Positions 26,968-36,605 of a DNA stretch of 64,000 nucleotides are shown piece after piece. The stretch is from the NCBI GenBank assembly GCA_963761035.1, contig CAVXFH010000002.1, positions 1,738,915 to 1,802,914 on the forward strand, in the 5' to 3' direction. Under the pieces are notes generated by a model. The model was not told the DNA's origin. It saw only the letters and a list, made by a program, of their open reading frames with translations, and did no database searches. The translations under genes were made by a program, and so were the position numbers. The DNA is from an uncultured Gammaproteobacteria bacterium. Its GTDB lineage: Bacteria > Pseudomonadota > Gammaproteobacteria > DRLM01. How positions within the stretch are numbered: the first letter of the stretch is position 1; every line of letters starts with the position of its first letter.

Positions 26968-29900
26968 ATGAACGCTAAATTGACAAGGTTTCGCATCTTG
27001 TCTTTGCCAGGGGGAAAACTTTTCCTCGGTTTGTTCTTCCTGTTTTCGTGTGTATCCAGCATTAGTGCAGTTGCTGCCGCTAATATTGCCGCGTTATCCG
27101 CGGTGACGGCGTCGTCCGAGACGCCATCCACCGGCCAGCTGGCGATAAAGGCGGTGGACGGAGTAATAGACGGGTATCCCGGGGATTACACCAAGGAGTG
27201 GGCCACCAATGGGCAGGGGGCGGGGGCCTGGATCCGACTGACCTGGCCGACGGCCTACACGGTTGACCAGATCGTGCTGTACGACCGCAAGAACACCACC
27301 GAACAAATTTTAAGCGGGACGCTGACGTTCAGCGACGGCAGCAGCGTGGCGGTCGGCACCCTGGACAATCTCGGCGCACCGAAGACGGTCGCCTTTACCC
27401 CGCGCACCATAACGTGGGTGCAGTTCACGATTAACTCCGTGAAGGCCGGCTCCAGCAACATCGGACTCATGGAGATGGAAGTAGACGGGGTATTGGCGGG
27501 GATCAACACGGCGCCGCAGATCACGGCCGGGCCCACCGCCAGCCCGGCGGATATTGGAGAGAACCAGACCTCGCAGCTGAGCGTGACGGCGACGGACCCG
27601 GAGAATGATGTCTTGACCTACACGTGGGTGCCGCAGAGCGGGACGATCACGGGGAGCGGCGCGACGGTGACCTTCAACCCGCCGGCGGTAACGGCGGACA
27701 CGGTAGTGCGGATCGATCTGACGGTGAGGGACCCGGGCGGCCTAACCGCCACCGGTTTCGTGAACGTCACGGTGCGGGATGTCGTGCAGAGTTCAGTCAA
27801 TATTGCCGCGTTATCCGCGGTGACGGCGTCGTCCGAGACGCCATCCACCGGCCAGCTGGCGATAAAGGCGGTGGACGGAGTAATAGACGGGTATCCCGGG
27901 GATTACACCAAGGAGTGGGCCACCAATGGGCAGGGGGCGGGGGCCTGGATCCGGCTGACCTGGCCGACGGCCTACACGGTTGACCAGATCGTGCTGTACG
28001 ACCGCAAGAACACCACCGAACAAATTTTAAGCGGGACGCTGACGTTCAGCGACGGCAGCAGCGTGGCGGTCGGCACCCTGGACAATCTCGGCGCACCGAA
28101 GACGGTCGCCTTTACCCCGCGCACCATAACGTGGGTGCAGTTTACGATTAACTCCGTGAAGGCCGGCTCGCAAAACATTGGACTCATGGAGATGCAGGCC
28201 TACGGGGTGGCGTCAAGCCGTAAATCAATTATGGTCGTAGTAGCGCACCCGGATGACGAGGCGCTGATGGCGGCCGGGGTGATGAAGCGTGCGCATGATA
28301 ATGGGGACGCCGTGAAGGTTGTGATTATCACCAATGGAGACGCCCAGGGCAAAAATGCGGGTCTGACACGCGAGGCGGAATCCAAGACGGCCGTGGCGGA
28401 CAAGCTGGGGTTGAGCGAGGACGACATCATTTTTCTGGGATACCCGGATTCCGGCTTATTGCCGATCTATAACGACCACCCGAATGCAACGGTTCCGCCC
28501 TACGTGAAGGGATCAACAGGCCAAAGCGCTACCTATGGCAATCAAGGCTTGGGCAGGGAGGATTTTCACAGATACTGGACGGGAGCGGCGGCGGATTACA
28601 ATCAGGCCAACGTCGTGGCCGATCTCAAGGAGTTGCTGAACCGCTATCAGCCCACCCAGATCTACACCCATTCGCCGTTTGATCTGCATTACGATCATCG
28701 CGCGACCTATTACGACTTGCGCGATGCGGCGCAATCCCTGATGAAGGAGCAGGCCACCTTCCATCCGGATGTGTATACCGCGATTATCCATCAACCCTAT
28801 CTTTATCCTTATAAGGACAAATGGGCGCAGGGGACCACCCCCACCTTATCGGTGCTTGACGACAGGGACGATCAATTTTGGCCGCTGCCGGCCTATGGGA
28901 GCGTGGGGACCGCATCCGGCGACCTGACGCTGATGAAGGCCCGGTTTGCCCCGACCCAGGCCCTGACCAAGCCGGCGGATCTGGATCTGACACTACTGGA
29001 CTGGGCAGACCGGCTGAGCCTGCCGGTGCCGGCGGTGATGCAGGATCCCAATGTAGTGAACAACCTCAAATATCAGATGATCGACAGCTATGTCTCGCAG
29101 GAGGCCGTCTGGGGCCTGCCCTTTGCCTTCGGCAAGAGCGACGAGGTCTTCTGGAAGCAGACATGGTCGCGCAATATTGCCCTGCGGGCGACGATCACCG
29201 CCTCCAGCCAGAATACGAAATTCTTCCAGGGGGCGGCAAACGTCGCCGACAGTATTGTGGATGGCTACCGGGACCAAAACAACGATGGGATTTCGGAAGG
29301 CAATAGTCAGGCGGAATGGGTCACAGCGGGCGAGAGAGAGGGCGCCTGGGTACAACTCGACTGGACGCAGCCCTACACGATCAACAAGGTGGTGCTCTAT
29401 GACCGGCCGAATCCGAGTGACCAGGTGCTGTCCGGGACGCTGAGCTTCAGCGACGGCTCAACGGTCAGTGTGGGGGCATTGCCCAATGACGGCTCGAAGT
29501 ATGAAGTGGACTTTGCGGCGCGGGAAGTGAGCTGGGCGCGGTTTACCGTGGATAGTGTGTCCGCCGCAACGGCAAACGTCGGCTTGGCGGAGATGGAGGT
29601 ATGGACGGCGGCGCCGCCGGCTGACAATCAGCCGCCGTTTTTTACCCGCGGCCCGACGGCATCGGCCCTGACGGGCGGCATGAGCTCGACACTCGCGGCG
29701 CCGGCCTATGACAGAGAGGGTGACCCGATCACCTGGACCTGGCAGTCGCAGCTGGGCGCCACGATTACCGGTTCGGGGGACACGGTGACGTATACGCCGC
29801 CCTACGGGGTAGGCGGCACGGATACCGTTACCGTCACGATTTCCGATGGTATCAACCCGCCTATCACGGCAAAGTTTGCGCTGGCATTGGATGAAAACAA

Positions 29901-30321
29901 CATTACCTATTTAGCGCAGGTGACGGCGTCGTCCGAGACGCCATCCACCGGCCAGTTGGCGATAAAGGCGGTGGACGGAGTAATAGACGGGTATCCCGGG
30001 GATTACACCAAGGAGTGGGCCACCAATGGGCAGGGGGCGGGGGCCTGGATCCGGCTGACCTGGCCGACGGCCTACACGGTTGACCAGATCGTGCTGTACG
30101 ACCGCAAGAACACCACCGAACAAATTTTAAGCGGGACGCTGACGTTCAGCGACGGCAGCAGCGTGGCGGTCGGCGCCCTGGACAATCTCGGCGCACCGAA
30201 GACGGTCGCCTTTACCCCGCGCACCATAACGTGGGTGCAGTTCACGATTAACTCCGTGAAGGCCGGATCGCACAACATCGGGCTCATGGAGATAGAAGTC
30301 TTTGGCGCGGCGGGTGACTAG
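26968..30321 (+). CDS. large secreted multidomain protein: signal peptide, 4 discoidin/F5-8-type-C-like carbohydrate-binding domains, 2 Ig/cadherin-like domains and a PIG-L (LmbE) family N-acetylglucosaminyl deacetylase domain
   Basis: 1117 aa from the ATG at 26968 (MNAKLTRFRILSLPGGKLFLGLFFLF...). Deacetylase motifs AHPDDE and HSPFDLHYDH in the centre. Repeated W..G.W..L.W......V.LYDR......SGTL.FSDGS..V..FT..SV.....GL.E.EV modules. Confidence 0.75.
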   Translation: MNAKLTRFRILSLPGGKLFLGLFFLFSCVSSISAVAAANIAALSAVTASSETPSTGQLAIKAVDGVIDGYPGDYTKEWATNGQGAGAWIRLTWPTAYTVDQIVLYDRKNTTEQILSGTLTFSDGSSVAVGTLDNLGAPKTVAFTPRTITWVQFTINSVKAGSSNIGLMEMEVDGVLAGINTAPQITAGPTASPADIGENQTSQLSVTATDPENDVLTYTWVPQSGTITGSGATVTFNPPAVTADTVVRIDLTVRDPGGLTATGFVNVTVRDVVQSSVNIAALSAVTASSETPSTGQLAIKAVDGVIDGYPGDYTKEWATNGQGAGAWIRLTWPTAYTVDQIVLYDRKNTTEQILSGTLTFSDGSSVAVGTLDNLGAPKTVAFTPRTITWVQFTINSVKAGSQNIGLMEMQAYGVASSRKSIMVVVAHPDDEALMAAGVMKRAHDNGDAVKVVIITNGDAQGKNAGLTREAESKTAVADKLGLSEDDIIFLGYPDSGLLPIYNDHPNATVPPYVKGSTGQSATYGNQGLGREDFHRYWTGAAADYNQANVVADLKELLNRYQPTQIYTHSPFDLHYDHRATYYDLRDAAQSLMKEQATFHPDVYTAIIHQPYLYPYKDKWAQGTTPTLSVLDDRDDQFWPLPAYGSVGTASGDLTLMKARFAPTQALTKPADLDLTLLDWADRLSLPVPAVMQDPNVVNNLKYQMIDSYVSQEAVWGLPFAFGKSDEVFWKQTWSRNIALRATITASSQNTKFFQGAANVADSIVDGYRDQNNDGISEGNSQAEWVTAGEREGAWVQLDWTQPYTINKVVLYDRPNPSDQVLSGTLSFSDGSTVSVGALPNDGSKYEVDFAAREVSWARFTVDSVSAATANVGLAEMEVWTAAPPADNQPPFFTRGPTASALTGGMSSTLAAPAYDREGDPITWTWQSQLGATITGSGDTVTYTPPYGVGGTDTVTVTISDGINPPITAKFALALDENNITYLAQVTASSETPSTGQLAIKAVDGVIDGYPGDYTKEWATNGQGAGAWIRLTWPTAYTVDQIVLYDRKNTTEQILSGTLTFSDGSSVAVGALDNLGAPKTVAFTPRTITWVQFTINSVKAGSHNIGLMEIEVFGAAGD
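27082..27476. repeat. intragenic ~395 bp near-identical repeat A (discoidin-like domain 1)
   Basis: Nucleotide-level near-identity with 27799..28193 and 29907..30290; the track also shows triplicated identical minus-strand shadow ORFs. Confidence 0.9.
27799..28193. repeat. intragenic repeat B (discoidin-like domain 2)
   Basis: Offset 717 bp from A; differs at only a few positions. Confidence 0.9.
29907..30290. repeat. intragenic repeat C (discoidin-like domain 4)
   Basis: Near-identical to A and B across ~384 bp. Confidence 0.9.
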
Positions 30322-31034
30322 GAATCGGAGTTTGGCGACATAGAAACCAGAACAATTTGTGACAGTAAAATGTTCTTTCGATGTGTAGTTTGGATTTCAT
30401 TGACTGCGGACACGAAGCGATTGGTGTCAAAATGATTACAGCTTTTGATAATCAATTTGGCGAGGGGGGGAATTTATAGATCACGAATCTTTATGAGATC
30501 GCCCAAGTAATGCGGGACTTAGAAGAGCGTGTTACTCCGGAGACGTCAGGTGAAAGGTGGTAAATACACTTTGCGCATGGAAAGCCGAGTCGGCTAAAAA
30601 GCTGGGGGAAGACTATATTTGCATTTGCGAATATCCCGATTTTTATGTCTACCCAAGTGTGTACCAGTAGCAAAGACCCATTGAAAATTAATTATTATTA
30701 ACAATTATATAAGCAGCTATTCTAGGTTCAGGTGCAACATTGAATGACCTATTGATCTGTCTTGCGAAGTTAGGCCGCCCGTTTAAAAGCCGCTCAAATG
30801 CGGCAGCTTCCGGACAAGAACGGACTTCCAGGTAGCCGCTACGGGAATCCGCTTATCATCTAGTGTAGTGAGTCGTTCTTGTCGGGACATTTATTCGATA
30901 GCGAGCTTTTACGGTATATTGTTTTCTATATGTTCCAGCAAGGTGACTCACTACACTCGTGCGTAAGATCAATAATCTATTTCTGGACCGATGGGTATTT
31001 TAATTAATGGTTAAGCTTCATTTATCAATGGAAA

Positions 31035-31457
31035 ATGGGTGTTTACAATACGCTTTCCCTGGAGCTTATGATTAATAAACACGCTTTACATGAGGCTACC
31101 CAGGTTGACGATCCGAATCGCGTCAAGGCGCTGCTCAAAGAGGCGCCTAATCTTGTTTTCAGCCAGGACTGGAATAACGACACCCCTTTGCATCTGGCGG
31201 CATACTTTGGTTACAGGGATGTCGCCGAATTGCTGCTGACGCATGGCGCGGATGTCAATGCCATTAACAGCTACGGCCGAACTCCTTTGCACAGGGCCGC
31301 GTTTAATGGCCACCAGGACATTGCGAAATTGCTGCTGAAGCATGGTGCCGATATCAACGCCAAGAACAATTTCGTCGATACGCCTCTGCATGAAGCCGTG
31401 GTAAATGGCAGCTATGCCGTAGCGGAATTGCTGCGCCAGCATGGCGGCCACGAATAA
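31035..31457 (+). CDS. ankyrin-repeat protein
   Basis: Three to four ANK repeats (TPLHLAAYFGYRDVAELLLTHGADVNA...TPLHRAAFNGHQDIAKLLLKHGADINA). Confidence 0.75.
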   Translation: MGVYNTLSLELMINKHALHEATQVDDPNRVKALLKEAPNLVFSQDWNNDTPLHLAAYFGYRDVAELLLTHGADVNAINSYGRTPLHRAAFNGHQDIAKLLLKHGADINAKNNFVDTPLHEAVVNGSYAVAELLRQHGGHE

Positions 31458-31699
31458 GCGGCGGTAAAACCTCCAAGCTGCCCCAGGCCGCCCTAGGCAA
31501 TTTATTTCTCGAGCGGCGTTGCGGCAATCGTGTTCCTGAAACAGCAAAAGCCGCTATTCGCGTCCGGCGTCCGGGGACGCAGCGTGCCCCTTCGCAACAA
31601 TAATGGCGCGGTTGAATGCCGACTTCCCGCAATGCTGACTGTTCGATTTCGGAGCGGACTATTGAACAGGGCTGCTTTCGGCCAACTCCAGCCTTACTC

Positions 31700-33061
31700 T
31701 TAATGGAGATCACCGTCTGCTTGCAAAATGATATCTGCCATCCCGATGCGTTCCAGATCGACGTCCCCGTAAGCGGTAACAAGCCGACGAAGACGGGCCT
31801 TCTGGTCTGGGCTTAGCGTTTGATCGCCTCTACCGACGATACCCTTATTAAAGCGCGTCTTCGCGGGATTCCCGTCAACGGCGCGGACAGCAGTCGCGCA
31901 TTCTTCGGAGGTTTTTTTAAGATCGAGAAAGCTGGCAATGCGGGCGATCGTCGCCGGCTTGTCCGCCACCATTTCCTCGTAGGTTACAAAGAGGCAATTC
32001 AGCCGGCCCAGTCGTTGTGCCCGTTCCCAGGATGCATAAAACCCGGCATACCAAGGCATAACATGATCGATGATCAAGTCGTACTTCCCCTGCTCATTCA
32101 GAGTCGGCCAGACATCGCCGAAAAAAGTGTCCGCAACCGCGCCATTATCTAAAAAACTGGAATAACTGATCACGACATCAGGGAGATTTCTCACCAGCAC
32201 GATTGGCCGAATATCAAATGCCTGCAAAATCTGCTCATTCGGCTTGCTCGCGCGGCAATGTTGCTGCGTAACGGTATTTTGGTACGCGCACTGGAGCAGA
32301 TGGGGTAGGTAAATCTCATGCTCGTACTGAATATAGGCGTAGGAAAGATTCGCCTCTTGGCAACCAGTCAGCGTGCACAATACCTCCTTGAGAAACGTCG
32401 AACCGCTTTTCGGCATACAAGCAATCAGCAGGTGCTTGCCCAACTGCGCCGGCGTTATGCCCGGAATAAAATCGCCCAGCACGGCTGGCTGGCCGGAATA
32501 GCCGAGTGCATTCGTCAATTCAATCCTCAAACTTGGATGGCTGGGATCGAGAGCCAGCCCCGTCCGTATCCATTTAATCGCAAGTGGATAATTTCCTCGT
32601 ATGCTTTGTTCCGTTGCAGCTCTGCAAAGCGCGTTTAGGAAATTATTTCGAATCTTTTGGTCATGCGGCGCCAGGGCGTACGCGTCACTGAAGATATTGA
32701 CGGCACGTTCCATATTTCCGGAGCGTATATGTAGTACTCCGAGGTTGCTCATGAAAGTGGCATTTTTCGGTTCCAGCCGCACAAGCTGTTCGCAGCTTAA
32801 TAAAGCGGTCGGGATGTCGCCTGTCGCCATCGACGCGTCGGCAATTTCGACCAGAGTTTTAATTCTGACCCTATCGGCCAGTGACTGTCCCTCACCATCA
32901 ATATCTTCCGCGAGAGCCGTCGGATTCGCCAATGAAATCAAAGAAGGGCTTCCCTTGTTATGAAGCATAGCCAATTTCTCCACAAAATGAATTGAGCCGT
33001 CGCGCACAGTCTGGACAGTCAAGCCATGGAAAATACCGATGCTGAAATACCGCTGCGCCAC
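31700..33061 (-). CDS. TPR-repeat / sulfotransferase-domain protein
   Basis: N-terminal TPR-like region; C-terminal sulfotransferase with 5'-PSB motif (CMPKSGSTFL) and 3'-PB-like motif (LVRNLPDVVISYSSF). Confidence 0.6.
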   Translation of the reverse strand: MAQRYFSIGIFHGLTVQTVRDGSIHFVEKLAMLHNKGSPSLISLANPTALAEDIDGEGQSLADRVRIKTLVEIADASMATGDIPTALLSCEQLVRLEPKNATFMSNLGVLHIRSGNMERAVNIFSDAYALAPHDQKIRNNFLNALCRAATEQSIRGNYPLAIKWIRTGLALDPSHPSLRIELTNALGYSGQPAVLGDFIPGITPAQLGKHLLIACMPKSGSTFLKEVLCTLTGCQEANLSYAYIQYEHEIYLPHLLQCAYQNTVTQQHCRASKPNEQILQAFDIRPIVLVRNLPDVVISYSSFLDNGAVADTFFGDVWPTLNEQGKYDLIIDHVMPWYAGFYASWERAQRLGRLNCLFVTYEEMVADKPATIARIASFLDLKKTSEECATAVRAVDGNPAKTRFNKGIVGRGDQTLSPDQKARLRRLVTAYGDVDLERIGMADIILQADGDLH

Positions 33062-33097
33062 CGGGCACAGCGAAGTTCAACATATGAAAAATGATAA

Positions 33098-33427
33098 TTA
33101 GGCGGGAGAAACGAGGGGTGGTGCGCGGGTGCGACGGTCGGTGCCGATCAACTTTGCCAAACGGAAATGACGTGTATAAAACTCCAACAAACGGACGATT
33201 ACAACTGCCATGGCAAGCATCGCCATGCCCACCAAGGCGTCGCCTAGCGCAGGAACGCTGAGATCAAGAGAATATAAGGCATCGGCGATAGAGCTGATAT
33301 CGCCGATGTCATAGTCGGAAAAATAATAGTTGCTCGCGAACGACGTGGTTTGCCCAACCAACAGCGCTATCACAATGATATAGCTGAAAAATCGGTTCAT
33401 AAGTTCCTGCGACGTTCTCGCGTCCAC
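33098..33427 (-). CDS. hypothetical small membrane protein (doubtful)
   Basis: ORF with two hydrophobic segments; no family; low-GC context. Confidence 0.25.
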   Translation of the reverse strand: MDARTSQELMNRFFSYIIVIALLVGQTTSFASNYYFSDYDIGDISSIADALYSLDLSVPALGDALVGMAMLAMAVVIVRLLEFYTRHFRLAKLIGTDRRTRAPPLVSPA

Positions 33428-33807
33428 ACATTATAGGTGCATTAAGTGATCTTAGAATCGCCTACTAATATATTCAAGTTTTATTACAATCATTTACATT
33501 TGCATGATCGGCGTTAAATCATGTCAACCTATGATAGGTAAGTACCCGTGCCACGATCTATTTAATGATCCGGAAGCCTCGTTGGCGTTCGGTCTGGAAA
33601 AGACATAGCGCCAAAAGTTGTTGACCGATTTCAATTGCTCCCGGGACATTCGCCCTGCGTACGATAACGGGGCGCACTAGGTCGGAAACGGATATTCGCT
33701 ATTTTGAGAGTGCGAAAAATAGTGATGGATATCGGGCCTGCTCAGCTTGTGTTATCCGCGCGATCTGATGCATGTTAGCGGGTATTATGCCTTTGAGACG
33801 GAACTTG

Positions 33808-35313
33808 ATGCCGCACGAAAAAGCATTCTTCGGCCATCCCGTCGGCCTGCGCACGCTGTTCTTCACCGAATTCTGGGAACGTTTCAGTTATTACGGCATG
33901 CGCGCGCTGCTGATTCTATTCATGACGGCGCCGGCGGCGGCGGGCGGACTCGGGTGGGAGACAGCGCGGGCGGGTATGATCTACGGCACCTACACCTCGC
34001 TGGTGTATTTGCTGGCGTTGCCCGGCGGCTGGATCGCCGATCGTTTCATCGGTCCGCGCAAGGCGACGCTGTACGGCGGCATCGCCATCATGTGCGGCCA
34101 TATCTGCCTTGCGATGACCGGTATGGTCACGTTCTATCTGGGACTGGCCTCGATTGTCGCGGGGACGGGTTTGCTCAAGCCCAACATCAGCAGCATGGTA
34201 GGGCAGTTGTACGGCGCCGAGGACAATCGGCGCGACGCCGGCTTCTCTATCTATTATCTGGGGATCAATCTCGGCGCCTTTGCCGCGCCGTTGGTGACGG
34301 GGTGGCTGGCGCAGGGCGAAGGTTTCAAAACGTCGCTGGCTTCGTGGGGCATTGCGCCGGAAACATCGTGGCATTGGGGTTTCGCCGCCGCCGCGGTGGG
34401 CATGGCGTTGGGCCTGCTTCAATATCTCGCGGGCGGACGCCATTTGGGTGAGGTCGGTTGTCACCCGGCGCATGCGGATAATGCGGCGGTGCCGGCCGCG
34501 GCGCGCAAGCGTTTGATCATAGGGAGCGGTGTAGTCGTCGCGGTGGTAGCGAGCATGGCGCTGCCGGTGTTCAACGGTATGTTGAGCGCCGCCGCCGTTG
34601 CCGACGGTGTAGGCTATCTGCTGTTGATCGTGACACTGGGATTCTTCGTCTGGTTGTTCGCGGCCAAGACCTGGACGGCGCTGGAGCGCAAGCAGCTGAT
34701 CGCGATCATGGTGCTGTTCGCGGGCGCCGCCGTGTTCTGGTCGCTGTTCGAACAGGCCGGTTCCACGCTCAACCTCTTTGCCCAGCGCAGCACGGACAAC
34801 GAGATGCTGGGCGTCTCCTTTCCGGCGAGCTGGTGGCAGTCGCTCAATTCACTGTACATCATCCTGCTGGTGCCGGTGATGGCGTGGTTGTGGGTGCGGC
34901 TCGGGCCGAAGGACCCGTCGAGTCCCGCCAAGTTCGCCTTCGGTCTGTTGTTCGCGGCTCTGGGTTTCGGCGTCCTGGCGCTGGCGGCGCAACTCGCCGC
35001 CGGCGGCGTGCGCGTCAGTCCGGTGTGGCTGGCGCTGGTGTATCTGTTGCACACCGTCGGCGAGTTGTGCCTGAGTCCGGTGGGATTGAGCGCCATGACC
35101 AGGCTGGCGCCGGCGCGCATCGCGGGGCTGGTCATGGGTGCGTGGTTCCTCGCGTCGTCGGTGGGCAATTTTCTGGGCGGCGCCATGGCGAGTCTGTACG
35201 AAACCTTTGCCTTGCCGGCGCTGTTTACGGCGATTACGGCGGTGGCATTGGTCGCCACCGTGCTGATGGCGCTGGCGATCAAGCCGCTGGCGCGGATGTT
35301 GGCGCGGCGTTGA
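33808..35313 (+). CDS. POT/PTR2 family proton-dependent oligopeptide transporter (DtpA/DtpT-like)
   Basis: Signature ERFSYYGMRALLILFM and 12-14 TM helices. Start set to the ATG at 33808 by comparison with the DtpA N-terminus; track start 33772. Confidence 0.85.
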   Translation: MPHEKAFFGHPVGLRTLFFTEFWERFSYYGMRALLILFMTAPAAAGGLGWETARAGMIYGTYTSLVYLLALPGGWIADRFIGPRKATLYGGIAIMCGHICLAMTGMVTFYLGLASIVAGTGLLKPNISSMVGQLYGAEDNRRDAGFSIYYLGINLGAFAAPLVTGWLAQGEGFKTSLASWGIAPETSWHWGFAAAAVGMALGLLQYLAGGRHLGEVGCHPAHADNAAVPAAARKRLIIGSGVVVAVVASMALPVFNGMLSAAAVADGVGYLLLIVTLGFFVWLFAAKTWTALERKQLIAIMVLFAGAAVFWSLFEQAGSTLNLFAQRSTDNEMLGVSFPASWWQSLNSLYIILLVPVMAWLWVRLGPKDPSSPAKFAFGLLFAALGFGVLALAAQLAAGGVRVSPVWLALVYLLHTVGELCLSPVGLSAMTRLAPARIAGLVMGAWFLASSVGNFLGGAMASLYETFALPALFTAITAVALVATVLMALAIKPLARMLARR

Positions 35314-35318
35314 CGTTG

Positions 35319-36485
35319 TTACTTTTGCGCTACGGGCAGTTCCTGACGCAGGGCAGCGAACAGGGCGTCTAAATCTTCCTGAGAATTGTAGGCCTGCACG
35401 GAGATGCGCAGGAACTGCCGTCCGTTCCAGGCTATGCACGGGATCTGGATGCGGTAGTGCTGGTACAAGCGGCTATTGAACGCGGCCAAATCGCGGATGC
35501 GAGGTAAATCGAATACGGCCATTTGCGCATAGTATCCGCCCTGCCGCGGGTACAGGGGGCTTAGGCCGGTCAACGCGGCGGCACGCTCAAGGCTTGCGGC
35601 AAGCAAGCCATGACAGTGCTCGCGCACTTGCGGCCAGTCATGCCGCGACTGAAAGGCCACGGCCGCCGGCACCGCGAGATAGGCCGACAGATCATCGGTA
35701 CCCAGCCATTGCAGGCCCTGGATGTAATCGGAGTCTGGCGAGGGCTTGCGTTCTTCGCCCCAGCCCCAGCCGATGACCAGCGGTTCGATGAGCGCTTGGC
35801 GCTCGCGCCGGGTATGGAGAAACGCCGCCCCTTTGGGGCCGCACAGCCATTTGTGGCAATTGCCGACGTAGAAGTCCGCCCCCAACCCGTCGAGGTCGAG
35901 GGCGATTTGTCCGGGGGCATGGGCGCCGTCGATGACCGTCATTATCCCCGCGGCGCGGGCGCGTTGACACAGGGTCTCGACGGGGAGACGCAGCGCGGTT
36001 GACGAGGTGATGTGGCTTAAAAAAATTACCTTGGTGCGCGGCGTGACCCCCGCCCAGATTTCTTCGACGATGGCCGCATCGGAGGCGACCGGAAACGAGA
36101 CCGGCTGTTTGCGGTACGACGCGCCGCGCTTACGGCAGACGTAGGACCACAGATTGTTTATGGAGCCGTATTCGTGATCGGTGGTCAGGACTTCATCGCC
36201 CGCTGACAGCGGTATGGCATGGGCGACGATGTTGAGGCCGAAGGTGGCGTTGGGGACATAGACCAGGTCGTCGGCCTTGGCATTGAGGTAACTGCCGAGA
36301 GCGGTGCGGGCATTTTTCAACAGAGGCGGAAGCTGATCGTTGATGAACGCCACCGGATCGCGTTCCAGGTGCCGCTGCCAACCCTGGTAAATCTCGAATA
36401 CCGTGCTGGGCGTGGCGCCGTAGGAACCGTGATTTAGATAAACGATATCCGGATCGAGCAAGAAGAGCTGCTTAAACGCGTTCAT
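35319..36485 (-). CDS. class V aminotransferase-fold PLP enzyme (isopenicillin-N-epimerase/cysteine-desulfurase-like)
   Basis: 388 aa; PLP-lysine context GNCHKWLCGPKG. Confidence 0.8.
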   Translation of the reverse strand: MNAFKQLFLLDPDIVYLNHGSYGATPSTVFEIYQGWQRHLERDPVAFINDQLPPLLKNARTALGSYLNAKADDLVYVPNATFGLNIVAHAIPLSAGDEVLTTDHEYGSINNLWSYVCRKRGASYRKQPVSFPVASDAAIVEEIWAGVTPRTKVIFLSHITSSTALRLPVETLCQRARAAGIMTVIDGAHAPGQIALDLDGLGADFYVGNCHKWLCGPKGAAFLHTRRERQALIEPLVIGWGWGEERKPSPDSDYIQGLQWLGTDDLSAYLAVPAAVAFQSRHDWPQVREHCHGLLAASLERAAALTGLSPLYPRQGGYYAQMAVFDLPRIRDLAAFNSRLYQHYRIQIPCIAWNGRQFLRISVQAYNSQEDLDALFAALRQELPVAQK

Positions 36486-36605
36486 GCAACACGGCTGTTC
36501 CGGTGGGCTTGACGGTTATTGTATACAAAAAAGGGGTGCCGCCTGTTGTTGGACGTGGCGGCACCCCGTGGCGTTGTTTGGCCGATCGGCTTAGGCGCGG
36601 ATTAC

